Shown here piece by piece: positions 27,149-37,586 of a stretch of 64,000 bases of DNA; the first letter of the stretch is position 1; each line of letters starts with the position of its first letter. Where the stretch lies: assembly GCA_965240465.1 (NCBI GenBank), contig OZ251219.1:608001-672000 (forward strand). Direction: 5' to 3'. Position numbers and translations under genes: made by a program. The DNA is from a bacterium. GTDB taxonomy: Bacteria > SAR324 > JACQKK01. The notes below the pieces were generated by a model, which saw only the letters and a list, made by a program, of their open reading frames with translations, was not told the origin of the DNA and did no database searches.

Positions 27149-29341
27149 TTACCAGCCAAAGAGTCTTAAGGAAAGTGAGGTCTTGTTTTCTACAACGTAG
27201 CGAATTTCGTCATCTTCTTTCTGGCTGACTACCTCTTCAATCAATGAAATGCGTAACCGATAACAAATAGGAGAAAATTCCAAGAACAGGCCAGAGTATT
27301 GTAATGCTCTCTCGGCAGGGCGAACGGTGGGTTCCAAATCCCAGCGTGCCTGCCAACCGCTGGTGAGAAAGCGAGCTAGGGTAAATTGAAAGTTAAAGTT
27401 CACGTTCTCGGATTTGATATTCCAAGAGAAATCTTCTTTTTGGTAATCACGGCGATTAAAATGCCAACCCAGCGAAGAATTGGAACCCGAGGACAGCTGA
27501 GAAAGGCGAACCTCGGCTTGACTGGTTTCTCGGCGTTGATGGTCGTAGCGAGTTTTGCTGTTTAGGTTGAACCCAGCAAATTGCAATCCTAGCTGGGTGA
27601 TTAAGGGCAACAAGGGCGCTTGAGAATTGCCCTCGGGGGCTATTATGGAATCGCTGATAGTGCTAGGGGGCTGTACTTCTGATGAGGTATTTATCCCTTC
27701 TAGCGAGTTCTCTTTATTTTCTCGTAGGGTATCATAGCGTTGCAGCAGATTTAGATAACCAGAATTGTTCCCCCAGCTCCAATTGTTTTTTAAGAGCAAG
27801 GTATAGCTTTTTTTGGCTATTAGAGGATAGGATATCGGATGATCCTCATGCGAAGTTTCCAAGTGTACCTCTTCTCGCCATTGAAATCCCAGGGCTGGGG
27901 TTAATCTGTGTATCAGACCCGACCTTTTGGGGCTGGCAAAGAAACGAGCCTCCAAGGGCAGACGAAACTCCACTTCTAGAGCATCTTGATGGAAGTCTCT
28001 AGAGGGTAGGGCTTGCTGATACTCTGGTTGATACTCTGGTTGATATTGCTCCAAGTCGGCATAGCTCACCTGATGGCGATGAACCAAAAACCGAGAATTT
28101 ATAGGTCCTAATCCCTGAGCCCATTCCAATTGCGGTTGCAAGGCGATAACTCTTCCGCTGAGAGCTTTGGGGGCGTTAAAGCGAAGGTACTCTCCTTGCC
28201 AGCTAAACTGAAATCTTGCTCGGGGAAAAAACGACCATTGCCGAGCTCCTTGGAGTCTCAATCTGGGGGCTAGCTGAGCTTTTTCATTACTATCGGCTGG
28301 GCTACGGGGATGTTTGGATTCGTCCTGCAGTTGGCTATGATGATAACCAGCGATAGACCAGTCAAATTTATCTAATTGCTGACTAAAGCCAGCCTGCCAA
28401 GCTTTCCAAGGGCGATAATTAAGTTGATTCCCATATTGGTGGCGTACCAATCCATCTGAGGAGTGAGCGTAATTTAGGGTCAGGCGATTTTTTTGCTGCC
28501 AGCCTTGGTTGTGTTCAAAGTCGGTCCAGTTGCGAGTTCCCTGATATTCGTGCCTAGTGAGGTGTCCTCGTTGATCCATCTGCCAAGCATAGCGATATTC
28601 CAAACCGATTCCATTAGGTTTATTCTCGAAAAACTCAGGGGCGATGGTGATATCTTGAGAAGGTCCCAGGGTTTGAAAATAGGGGATTTTGGTGTACCAG
28701 CCTAAATGTAGTGATTCTTCTAAGGAGCTTTTATTTTTTATTTCAGGTAATAAGAATCCGCTTAATCTTTGGTTGCCAGTAGGAAAGGAAAACCAAGGAA
28801 ACCACAGCACAGGCAGGGAAAGAACATGCAAACTACTATTAACGGTACTTACCAAGCCATTCCCCGATATGTTCACTCGCTCGGCTTTTACTTTCCAAGC
28901 AAATAAAGGATTAGGACAACTGGTAAGATCGCAATTGTATAGCTTAAATTCCCCATCGGAATTCAACTCGGCATGCTTAGCCCGTATTTGTAAGCCATCT
29001 TTGGGATCATAAATGGCGAGATCCTTAAATTCGCCCTGCAGGGGATTAAATCTCAGAACCATCTGCTGAGCAGAACCCTCCAAATCGCCGTAGTTAAAGA
29101 GTATCAAACCTTTGGCTTTGGCGGTGTTGCGTTCTTCATTCACCTCCAATAAAGGTGAAAATATCGTCCAATTGCCTTCCTGCAGGCGGGCATCTTCAAA
29201 AATGTAGCTCTTTTTAGCTGGTTCATATCTAAAGGAGGGGGATTCAATGTCCAATGCTTGAGCTGAATTAGAGCAACCCAGCATTATTATCCACAGTAGC
29301 CAGAGCTTTTTTTTGGGTGTTTTTTTAGCGATTTGGAGAAT
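27149..29341 (-). CDS. lptD: LPS-assembly outer-membrane protein LptD (probable ATT start at 29341; first ATG at 29284)
   Basis: LTSC...W.VKA, PVLWFPW, RLSGFLLP, IPYF, QDITIAP, GLEYRY, C-terminal CY; beta-barrel-like end SLRLFGW. Confidence 0.82.
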   Translation of the reverse strand: MLQIAKKTPKKKLWLLWIIMLGCSNSAQALDIESPSFRYEPAKKSYIFEDARLQEGNWTIFSPLLEVNEERNTAKAKGLILFNYGDLEGSAQQMVLRFNPLQGEFKDLAIYDPKDGLQIRAKHAELNSDGEFKLYNCDLTSCPNPLFAWKVKAERVNISGNGLVSTVNSSLHVLSLPVLWFPWFSFPTGNQRLSGFLLPEIKNKSSLEESLHLGWYTKIPYFQTLGPSQDITIAPEFFENKPNGIGLEYRYAWQMDQRGHLTRHEYQGTRNWTDFEHNQGWQQKNRLTLNYAHSSDGLVRHQYGNQLNYRPWKAWQAGFSQQLDKFDWSIAGYHHSQLQDESKHPRSPADSNEKAQLAPRLRLQGARQWSFFPRARFQFSWQGEYLRFNAPKALSGRVIALQPQLEWAQGLGPINSRFLVHRHQVSYADLEQYQPEYQPEYQQALPSRDFHQDALEVEFRLPLEARFFASPKRSGLIHRLTPALGFQWREEVHLETSHEDHPISYPLIAKKSYTLLLKNNWSWGNNSGYLNLLQRYDTLRENKENSLEGINTSSEVQPPSTISDSIIAPEGNSQAPLLPLITQLGLQFAGFNLNSKTRYDHQRRETSQAEVRLSQLSSGSNSSLGWHFNRRDYQKEDFSWNIKSENVNFNFQFTLARFLTSGWQARWDLEPTVRPAERALQYSGLFLEFSPICYRLRISLIEEVVSQKEDDEIRYVVENKTSLSLRLFGW

Positions 29342-29359
29342 GCTTTGGTCCTCCTATCA

Positions 29360-29513
29360 AATTTCTGATGCCGAAGTTCTAATGTCAAATTTCTGATGCC
29401 GAAGTCCTGATGTCAAAGTCCTGATGCCGAAGTCCTGATGTCAAAGTCCTGATGCCGAAGTTCTAATGTCAAATTTCTGATGCCGAAGTCCTGATGTCAA
29501 AGTCCTGATGCCA
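29360..29513. repeat. 11 x 14-bp tandem array with 28-bp higher-order period, between truA stop and lptD SD
   Basis: Units AA(G/T)T(C/T)CT(G/A)ATG(T/C)C(A/G), alternating ...GCCG and ...GTCA ends. Confidence 0.97.
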
Positions 29514-29530
29514 AGCATTTAACTCGCCAT

Positions 29531-30331
29531 TCAGGCTAAATGACGAACAACAAAAGGATCAACTTCCTTAGGATAGCACACTGCTAGTAAATGTAGCCCC
29601 CTAGCTGGAGCAGTACTCCCACCCAAATCTCGGCGACCACTAGCTAATGCTTCACTCAATTGCTCAGGAGGCTGCTTGCCTAATCCAATTTCTACCAAGC
29701 TGCCACAGATGATCCTAGCCATGTGTTGCAAAAAACCACTGGCTCTCATTTCAATCCAGTAGATTCCTTCTTCGGCTAGATCAACCTTGTCAATAATGTC
29801 TACGGCGGACATGGTTTTATGAGTAGAAGGCGAAGTACATTTGATAGATCTAAAAGCAGCAAAATCATGCCGACCCAACAACGAGGTGGCTGCTTTCCGC
29901 ATGGCTTCCCAGTCCAAAGGAGGTTGAATCCACCAACAGGATTTTTTTAATGTCGGCGGCCAAGGACGATTGTGAATGCAATAACGATAATGCTTCCCAT
30001 TAGCACTATAACGAGCATGAAAAGCTGGATCAGCTATCATCAGCTGCTTGACAACTAACTGAGATTTCCCCAAGCCGTTAAGTCCCTTGAGTAAGCGTTC
30101 CGCAGATAAAGAAGTACGCAAATCCACATGGGCTACCTGATTATGAGCATGAGTTCCCGAGTCAGTGCGTCCAGAGCCATGTACTCGGACTCTTTCCCGA
30201 GTTAAGAGCCACAGGGATTCTTCCAAGCGACGCTGCACGCTTTCTCCCCGAGGCTGCCATTGCCAGCCTACAAAGGGCTGACCATCATAGGATAAACGCA
30301 TAGCCCAGCGTTTTAATCCAGACGACAACAT
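29531..30331 (-). CDS. truA: tRNA pseudouridine(38-40) synthase
   Basis: SYDG..FVGWQ, GSGRTDSGTHA..QVAH, FHARYSA, G.HDFAAF, FLQHMAR, TAPARGL.L. Confidence 0.96.
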   Translation of the reverse strand: MLSSGLKRWAMRLSYDGQPFVGWQWQPRGESVQRRLEESLWLLTRERVRVHGSGRTDSGTHAHNQVAHVDLRTSLSAERLLKGLNGLGKSQLVVKQLMIADPAFHARYSANGKHYRYCIHNRPWPPTLKKSCWWIQPPLDWEAMRKAATSLLGRHDFAAFRSIKCTSPSTHKTMSAVDIIDKVDLAEEGIYWIEMRASGFLQHMARIICGSLVEIGLGKQPPEQLSEALASGRRDLGGSTAPARGLHLLAVCYPKEVDPFVVRHLA

Positions 30332-30492
30332 ATCCAGCTCCTAAGCTTATCTAATTCTGGGCGGGGTCGGGTTAATGGACGCAAGTTGATAGACATTAGA
30401 AGATGGGGCTATATCAACCTAAGTGTGTCCGAGGAGAGAAAAACATCAGGATTGTTTTGAATATTTGTTTAGGCACTTGTTTAGGCACTTAT

Positions 30493-30837
30493 TTAGGCAA
30501 TGGAATTAATTTCTCGGGAATTAATTTCTCGTTCAACTGTTTCACGCAAGTTATCGGGCTGATTACCGACCACCATATTAATTTGTTTACCATCCTTGAA
30601 AAGCAAGATGGTGGGAACACTACGTACTCCATAGCGGGTGGCTAGTTCTAGCTGATTGTCTATATCAACTTTAGCTACCTTTAGTTTTCCATCATATTTA
30701 TTGGCAATTTCTTCCAAGACGGGTGCGAGGGCTTTACAAGGGGCACACCATTCCGCCCAGAAATCTACCAGAGTAAAATCTTTGTTAATGGTTTCGTCAA
30801 AATTGCTACTATTCAGGGTGAGGATGGGATTACTCAT
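30493..30837 (-). CDS. trxA: Thioredoxin
   Basis: VDFWAEWCAPCK, KVDID, YGVRSVPT; start ATG 30837. Confidence 0.95.
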   Translation of the reverse strand: MSNPILTLNSSNFDETINKDFTLVDFWAEWCAPCKALAPVLEEIANKYDGKLKVAKVDIDNQLELATRYGVRSVPTILLFKDGKQINMVVGNQPDNLRETVEREINSREINSIA

Positions 30838-30978
30838 AGAGGTCTTTATCTTAATGGGGCTAGGGAAATTAACAAGCAAGATTATTTTATAACGGGAGAT
30901 CTCAATGTTAGGATGGTAGCATTTCTGGGATAAAAGCTGGTAAGGAAATATTATTTATTTACGGGAAAAAAGAAGCTA

Positions 30979-32433
30979 ATGGCTTTAATCAATACAGGTG
31001 ATTGGGGATCGGTGGGGCTGGCTGGTTTTGGTAAGGAAGCTAGGGGGTCATTGGATTTTTTGGTTAAAGCGGGGGTGAGGTCATTGCACGTTGTGGATGA
31101 TGGGGAGTTGAAATTAGCGACCAAGACGGATTTACGGGGTCGGGAGCAGGTGCATTTACACGGGGCTGGGGAGTGGGAAGAGTTACGAGGATGTAGTTTG
31201 GTATTGCGTAGTCCGGGATTAAGACCTGATCATCAAGGATTGGAGTGGTTGCGGAAGCAAGGGGTTAGGGTAATTACTGCGGGGGAGTTATTTGTGGAGT
31301 TATTTGATGGAATTGTGGTGGGAGTTACAGGAACGGTGGGCAAGGGGACGACGGTCAGCATGTTGGTATCTGCCATGCGGGCGGCGGGGGTGGATGCGGT
31401 AGGGGCGATGGATTATTCGCCCTTGGTGCTATTACTTTGTCCTCCTGAGTTGGTGGTATTGGAGCAATCCAGTTTTCAGTTGATGGATTGGCAAGGTCGG
31501 GTGGATTTGGCGGTGTTATTGAGGATGGATGAGGATCATTTGGACTGGCATGAGGATTTTAAGGAGTATGTGAATGCGAAGGGGAATTTATTATGCGATG
31601 GCTCGCGGGAGGGTTGGCCTCTGGTGTATCTGGCTGAGGGTCATAGTGATCAATTGGCAAAAAGCCATGTGGGTCTGCGATTAGCAATCAGTTTAAGCCA
31701 GACGATAAAAGAGGGAGTAGGTTTCCGAGGGGGAGCTTGGTGGCGGGTTGGTAGTCAGCCTCGCCCCTTGCCGTGGCTGAAGCAATTACGACTTGAAGGT
31801 GATTTCCATCAGGAAAACGCAGCCGCGGCTTGGCTAGCAGCTGAGTGGCTGCTAGCAGAAAAATTGCCAGCTAAGAAAAAAGAGTACCGCCTCCCCCTGA
31901 TTGAAGAAAGTCTAAAAAGATTTGCAGGTTTGCCGCATCGCTTGCAATGGGTAGGCGATATAAAGCTTGATAAACACGCCACCAGCTTAAAGGTGCGTTG
32001 TTATGACGATTCCTATGCTACAAGACCACGAGCTTCTCAGGTAGCAGTCACCCATTTTGATCAGCCCTTAGCTTTGATCGCTGGTGGTACCGATAAAGGA
32101 GCTTCTTTTAGCAGCTGGGCAAAAACCATCTGCCAGCAAACACAGCTAAAAAGGGTGGTGCTGATAGGAAATACCGCAGAACTCCTAGGAAAAATCTTAA
32201 AACAAGTCACTCACTCAGAAAATTGCCCCCCAGTGCCAGTGGTACAAGCCCATAGCCTAGGACAAGCCTTTCAATTGGCACTCCAAGCCTTAACATCCAC
32301 AGGGGGCGTTTTGTTGCTTAGTCCAGCTTGTGCTAGCCTAGACATGTTCACCGATTACCAACATCGCGGGGAATGCTTCCAAGCCTTGGTACGGGCTCAA
32401 CAATTAAAATCCACCGACCCAGAGCAGAGCTAG
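30979..32433 (+). CDS. murD: UDP-N-acetylmuramoyl-L-alanine--D-glutamate ligase
   Basis: RSPG, VGVTGTVGKGTT, LEQSSFQL, DHLDWH, GLPHRL, DDSYAT, IAGG.DKG, LLSPACASLDMF..YQHRG..F. Confidence 0.93.
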   Translation: MALINTGDWGSVGLAGFGKEARGSLDFLVKAGVRSLHVVDDGELKLATKTDLRGREQVHLHGAGEWEELRGCSLVLRSPGLRPDHQGLEWLRKQGVRVITAGELFVELFDGIVVGVTGTVGKGTTVSMLVSAMRAAGVDAVGAMDYSPLVLLLCPPELVVLEQSSFQLMDWQGRVDLAVLLRMDEDHLDWHEDFKEYVNAKGNLLCDGSREGWPLVYLAEGHSDQLAKSHVGLRLAISLSQTIKEGVGFRGGAWWRVGSQPRPLPWLKQLRLEGDFHQENAAAAWLAAEWLLAEKLPAKKKEYRLPLIEESLKRFAGLPHRLQWVGDIKLDKHATSLKVRCYDDSYATRPRASQVAVTHFDQPLALIAGGTDKGASFSSWAKTICQQTQLKRVVLIGNTAELLGKILKQVTHSENCPPVPVVQAHSLGQAFQLALQALTSTGGVLLLSPACASLDMFTDYQHRGECFQALVRAQQLKSTDPEQS

Positions 32434-32512
32434 AAATGCTTAAACACCCGATTTCTATCTCCGAGAGATACGAGCATATCTTCCTTATTTAAGGAGAATA
32501 GAGCAGGAACAC

Positions 32513-33784
32513 TCACTCTTTATTAGCTGAATGTTTTTGGGTGGAAAGCTGCGGGTTAGGAGCTTTTGGAGCTGATTGCGATGAACTGGGTTTAGATTTT
32601 TTAGTACTGTTTTTTTTAGTTCGGGGAGCATTAGTTCGTGCTTGCCTTTTTTTCCAGAGGGTTTTTTCTTGGAGGATAAATTTGGAGATGATTTCTTGGA
32701 GGATTTTTATGAAAGGGATGGTGTATTCAGCGAACAGGAGGGCGATTTTTTTAAGTTTATCAGCCAGTTTGGAGTAGTTGGGTAGATATTTTTTACATCT
32801 AGATCTCAGAGTAGTTTTTTTGGGTGGGGGTTCTTCAATTGGTTCTTCAATTGGTTTTTCAATTGGGGGTTTGGGGGCTGATTTTTTCTTCGGCCAAACC
32901 AAAGCCAGACAGATTAATTGCCAGAGTAGTAGCAAAGCTGCAATCTCTGCTGCTAGCCAGCTGAGGGCTTCTGTGGCTATTGGACCGTATAGGTAGGAGA
33001 TTAATCGGGATCCTAATAGTTGATGCCATTGAGCAATGGATAAGGATTGCTCGGTTTTAAGAGCATTTGGCTGGCTCTGTGGCAGACTGGCCAGTAGTCC
33101 CATCAAGAAGCGAGTTCGGGGAGGGACTGGGGCGTCGTCGGGGGCGTTGTCGGGGGCGTTGTCGGGTTCGGCTAAGCCAGTGGAATTAGACAGATTATTC
33201 GGTCCGACAAATATATCTTTAGTTAGATAGGGTGGATCGGCAAGGGCTTGGGCCTCGGATAACAGAGGCCAGTTGGGATGATGCATGGTCATCCAGGTTA
33301 GGACTCCTTCTATCAGCCAGTGGCCGGGATTTTTAGTAGCTGGGCTGCTTTGCCTTTGTTTTTGCAATGCTTGGAGATATTCGGCTTCGGGCATATTTGC
33401 CAGAGATTTAAGTAGGGACTGGCTACTCAACGGCTGAGAGGCAGGAATGGAAAGTTTTAGGGGTTGCAACAAGATTTCCCCCACCTGTTCCGCCACTGGA
33501 ACATCGGGAGCAGCTGGGACACGATAAAATTGATGTGCCAATAGCTGCTCAGCATTGAATGCTACCAGATAGCAAAGAGTCCAGATCCAAAATGAAACAA
33601 CAAACTGCCCTAGCAATAACGAGCTGAGCCACCCGCGTCCTATCCAACGCCTCAGGATGGTATGCAGTCCTATTCCGGCTAGGGTACTCATCAAGAACAA
33701 CAAAACCCAGACTGGCCAAGGAAATAGTGCCAGTGCTTGCTCCCAGGGGCTGGAAAGTAAGAATTTTGCTAAGATCAGCTGCAT
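32513..33784 (-). CDS. Hypothetical membrane protein with Lys/Pro-rich tail
   Basis: 423-aa ORF, N-terminal and central TM segments, short internal repeats (APDN, PIEE). Confidence 0.55.
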   Translation of the reverse strand: MQLILAKFLLSSPWEQALALFPWPVWVLLFLMSTLAGIGLHTILRRWIGRGWLSSLLLGQFVVSFWIWTLCYLVAFNAEQLLAHQFYRVPAAPDVPVAEQVGEILLQPLKLSIPASQPLSSQSLLKSLANMPEAEYLQALQKQRQSSPATKNPGHWLIEGVLTWMTMHHPNWPLLSEAQALADPPYLTKDIFVGPNNLSNSTGLAEPDNAPDNAPDDAPVPPRTRFLMGLLASLPQSQPNALKTEQSLSIAQWHQLLGSRLISYLYGPIATEALSWLAAEIAALLLLWQLICLALVWPKKKSAPKPPIEKPIEEPIEEPPPKKTTLRSRCKKYLPNYSKLADKLKKIALLFAEYTIPFIKILQEIISKFILQEKTLWKKRQARTNAPRTKKNSTKKSKPSSSQSAPKAPNPQLSTQKHSANKE

Positions 33785-33870
33785 TTCGGGACCTGTAGAA
33801 GGGCTACAACTGCTTTTTCACCTCAGCAATGAGCATGGTAGCTAATAGGGAGCAGCTACGGGGTCGTTTT

Positions 33871-34224
33871 CTAGGAAACAGAGGGTCTAGTGGAGCTACT
33901 GGTGGAATTATGGGCAGATTTGCGGCGAGTAGGTAAATGAGCGGGAGATTTTTTATCAAGACCGTTGCGCCACACCCCAGATGGATAAAAGGTAACCACG
34001 TGCCTAGCAGATACGGCATGGAGCTTTCCTGTTTTTGGATTACGCCCAGTTCGTTCTCCTTTATGAAGCACTCTCCACTTGCCAAAACCGCTTATTAAGA
34101 CTGATTCCTTGTCTGCGAAACATTGCTTGATGGATTCTAAAATGTCCTCTACTTGTTGACTAGCTTCTTCATGCGATATTTTCAAACGCAGTTCAATCAA
34201 ACGAATAATATCAGCCTTAACCAT
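33871..34224 (-). CDS. ihfA: Integration host factor subunit alpha
   Basis: KADII, VLISGFGKW.V..K.ER.GRNPKTG, SARHVVTF. Confidence 0.85.
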   Translation of the reverse strand: MVKADIIRLIELRLKISHEEASQQVEDILESIKQCFADKESVLISGFGKWRVLHKGERTGRNPKTGKLHAVSARHVVTFYPSGVWRNGLDKKSPAHLPTRRKSAHNSTSSSTRPSVS

Positions 34225-34573
34225 GGTGTTTTTTAGGATGAGGATGAAAAGAGCAGGGTCTCAAAGACGGGTTAGGGTGATAACATGATATGAGGGCAAA
34301 GCAAGCAGGCACAATCAATTTAACGGGTTTTCAGGTGAAGTTTCCTCATAAATATGGAAATGGAGCATACCATTTATAAAGAACATTAGGATAGGAGGTC
34401 AAGCATTTTTCAGGTTTAAGAAGTGTCTTTTAGGGAGTTATTTTAATGAATTGGGGGGTTGGGAGGGTGGAGGTACTAAAAGAACGGTAAATTTGGGCAT
34501 TACAAACCTTTTTTATGGCATAATAAAAGCATAGTAGGAGGACGCTAATAGCGTTTTCTTAAAGGAGCAAAGA

Positions 34574-36694
34574 ATGATAAGTCGATCGGGATACCAAATT
34601 TTAGTAAAGGGGTTGTCGTGGGTGTTGCTTTGTGTTGGGTTAAGTTTGGGCGGGTTAACTTGGGCGGAGGACGCCAAAAATGATGAGCAACCTACCCAGG
34701 CGGATCCCGTTAGAACTGAGCCTCGGGAGAATAAGGGGTCTTTAGGGAAGGAAGCTGCGAGTGATCCAGCTGATGGATCTGATGATTCTCTCAGGGAGAG
34801 TTTTTCTTTTTGGGCTTCCCCCGATGGTTTTCCTCCTTTGTCGGAAAAGGAGTCTAAGAAGCTTTTTCCTGTTTATCCGATTGTGGCGAAGCAGCAGCAA
34901 TTTTGGATATCTGTGTTTAGCAAGTACAACTCTAAGCAAGGCTTGTTACACGATGGCTTAGTAGGCTTGCCGACTTATGGAGCGGTTAATTTAAGGGGGC
35001 TTAGTAAACGGAGTCAAGAAAGGCTGATAAGAACCAAAAAGAAGCAAGTGTCCAATAATTTGTTGGCACTGGCAAATGCGATAGAAAAAGGTCAACCACT
35101 CAGTAAGAAACAACGCCTTTTGCGAAACTTGTTTCCTAAAAAAACCACTGCTAAGCAATTGAAGATTTCAGCAGGGAGTGTTCGGTTTCAGCGTGGCTTG
35201 TCCGATAAATTTCGTAAGGGCTTGGAACGCTCCAGCAGTGTACTGGTGCATGCTCGCAGTAGTATGAGAAAACATGGTGTACCCGCAGATTTAGCATTCC
35301 TGCCTCATGTGGAATCGTCTTTTCAGGTTCATAGTTATTCCAACAAGAACGCAGCCGGAATGTGGCAATTCACCAGAGGCACTGCTCGCCTTTATATGAC
35401 CGTCAATTATACGGTGGATGAACGTCTGGATCCAATAATCGCCTCTGATGCCGCAGCCCGCTTCCTGAAAGAAAATTATAAAAAATTGAAAACCTGGCCC
35501 CTGGCGATAACCGCTTATAACCACGGCCCCTACAGCTTGAAAAAAATCGTTGCTCGGCAAGGTACCCGCAACCTAGGCAAACTGATAGAAAACTACCATG
35601 GCGGATTGTTTAAAATTGCCAGTAAAAACTTCTATGCAGAATTTCTGGCTGCTCGCACCATCGCCCTGAACCCAGAAGCATACTTCCCAGGAGTAAAACG
35701 ACAGCCAGTACTAGACTTCCAAGAACAACAACTCCCCTTCTATCTGGATGCTAAACTAGCCTCCAAATTGCTGAATACCTCTAAATCAAAACTAAGGGCA
35801 TTAAATCCCGCTTTGCGTCACCCAGTTTGGTCAGGTTCAAAACTTATCCCTACTAACTATAAACTCCGCTTCCCGTCTCATATTGATGCCCAAAAATTCC
35901 TAGCTTCAGTACCTCAAAAACAACGCTTCGCAAAACAACAACGCACCTGGGTAGTACGGGTCAGATCAGGGGATACCCTCTCCAGCATCGGACGTAAATA
36001 CAAAATCAGCTGGCACAGCATCGCCAAGGCTAATAACATCGTTTCTTATAATCGTTTGCGCCCAGGGCAAAAACTGCTGATCCCACATCGGGGCCAAACT
36101 GCACCTCCACAAATAAAGAAAATTCAGCAAAATATTCAGCTAGCCAATGCCAAAAAACAAGGCAAAAAACAAGGCGAAAAACCAGCCACCAAAACCAAAA
36201 CAGCTACTACCTCAAACTTTATCTATCCCTCTAAACACGCCAATGTCCTCCAAGTACTGGCATACTCCCCCTCCTCGGCAGAAGTTAAGGTGAAAGCCGT
36301 CTATGGAGAAGTCATCGGACACTACGCCGATTGGTCTGGAACCGGACTCACTCGCATCCTGAGAGCCAATCGCCTTAGCCGCCGTGCCAAACTGAAAGCT
36401 AATCGCCAATATCGCATCCCCCTCAATGTCTCCAAGCAGGAATTTGAAAGACGACGAATAACCTATCACGCACAACTAGAAAGCGACTTCTTCCAACGCT
36501 TCAATGTCATTGATAAAAAAACCCTCATCGTTAAACCAGGACAAACCGCCTGGAACATCGCCAAACCTCACAATATACCCATGTGGCTCTTCTTCCGAGA
36601 AAACCCCAGACTGCAAAACAAAATCCTCCAACCAGGCATGAAATTGGTACTCCCCATCGTTACACCCATTAAAAGCCAAGCACGGGTCTTGTAA
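34574..36694 (+). CDS. Lytic murein transglycosylase (MltD-like SLT) with LysM domains
   Basis: Signal peptide; LPHVESSF, AAGMWQFT, DERLDP, LAITAYNHG; LysM VRSGDTLSSI and VKPGQTAWNIA. Confidence 0.92.
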   Translation: MISRSGYQILVKGLSWVLLCVGLSLGGLTWAEDAKNDEQPTQADPVRTEPRENKGSLGKEAASDPADGSDDSLRESFSFWASPDGFPPLSEKESKKLFPVYPIVAKQQQFWISVFSKYNSKQGLLHDGLVGLPTYGAVNLRGLSKRSQERLIRTKKKQVSNNLLALANAIEKGQPLSKKQRLLRNLFPKKTTAKQLKISAGSVRFQRGLSDKFRKGLERSSSVLVHARSSMRKHGVPADLAFLPHVESSFQVHSYSNKNAAGMWQFTRGTARLYMTVNYTVDERLDPIIASDAAARFLKENYKKLKTWPLAITAYNHGPYSLKKIVARQGTRNLGKLIENYHGGLFKIASKNFYAEFLAARTIALNPEAYFPGVKRQPVLDFQEQQLPFYLDAKLASKLLNTSKSKLRALNPALRHPVWSGSKLIPTNYKLRFPSHIDAQKFLASVPQKQRFAKQQRTWVVRVRSGDTLSSIGRKYKISWHSIAKANNIVSYNRLRPGQKLLIPHRGQTAPPQIKKIQQNIQLANAKKQGKKQGEKPATKTKTATTSNFIYPSKHANVLQVLAYSPSSAEVKVKAVYGEVIGHYADWSGTGLTRILRANRLSRRAKLKANRQYRIPLNVSKQEFERRRITYHAQLESDFFQRFNVIDKKTLIVKPGQTAWNIAKPHNIPMWLFFRENPRLQNKILQPGMKLVLPIVTPIKSQARVL

Positions 36695-36841
36695 CTAATA
36701 ATAAATTTCGTTTCCAAAGGGATCCACCCAACCTGATGAAAGCAACGGTCTGAAAAGATTTCTCTGAAAGCAATGCAAGAAACCCTGCAAAATCGCACCA
36801 TATTTTGTAGAGATAATCTAGAGGTGCTGTATCAATAGCGA

Positions 36842-37555
36842 TCAGCTAGGGGGTTTGCAGGCGATGTGTAGGGCAGTGGTGCCGAACAGGTATTCTTTCA
36901 GCTGGATGGAAGAGAATCCTACCTGTTGCAACAGCTGGCATAGTTGTGCTTGGGAAAGATAATCGCGGGTGGAATGAGGAAGGTAGTCAAACATTTCTTC
37001 TGCAGGCATAAGCAATTTGCCGATCCTGGGAACGATATGAAACATATAGGCATGAGCTAAGGGTTTCATCCAGCGGTAGCGTACTTGTCCGATATCCAAA
37101 CAGGCGAAACGGCCTTTGGGCTTAAGAATGCGGAACAGCTCAGTGAGACAGCCCTGGGGATCGGAAACATTACGCAATCCATAGCCGATGGTCACCACAT
37201 CAAAGGTTTGGTTGGCGAATGGAAGGATGAGGGCATCGGCAGCGAGGGTGTAGGTATGTTGGTATCGCCTTAAACGATGTTGAGTGATCCGCAACATGGG
37301 AAGGGAGAAATCAGCTGCGATAACCACTCCTTGTCCCTGGATCTGTTTGCAGGCACGCAAGCTAAGGTCGCCAGTGCCACAACAGACATCCAAGATACGC
37401 ATGGATGGACGTATTTTTGCCAACCGAATAAGAGTATTTTTCCAACGGCGATGCTGGGCTTGGGTGATTAAATCATTGAACAGGTCATAGTGGCTGGCAA
37501 TGTTTCCAAATCGCTTTTGCACGAAGCGAGCTTTGTTTTTGGGCATCTTAAACAT
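36842..37555 (-). CDS. ubiE: UbiE/MenG quinone C-methyltransferase
   Basis: F.NIASHYDLFND, LDVCCGTGD, DFS.PML, DALILPF, TIGYGLRNV, YL..S; start ATG 37555 assumed. Confidence 0.9.
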   Translation of the reverse strand: MFKMPKNKARFVQKRFGNIASHYDLFNDLITQAQHRRWKNTLIRLAKIRPSMRILDVCCGTGDLSLRACKQIQGQGVVIAADFSLPMLRITQHRLRRYQHTYTLAADALILPFANQTFDVVTIGYGLRNVSDPQGCLTELFRILKPKGRFACLDIGQVRYRWMKPLAHAYMFHIVPRIGKLLMPAEEMFDYLPHSTRDYLSQAQLCQLLQQVGFSSIQLKEYLFGTTALHIACKPPS

Positions 37556-37586
37556 AAAGTGGTCTGCAGTATTCAAGCATTCAACC

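Noticed and set aside
33804-34085. 93-aa ORF overlapping ihfA
   Set aside because: Alternative frame of a well-supported gene, with no recognisable motif.
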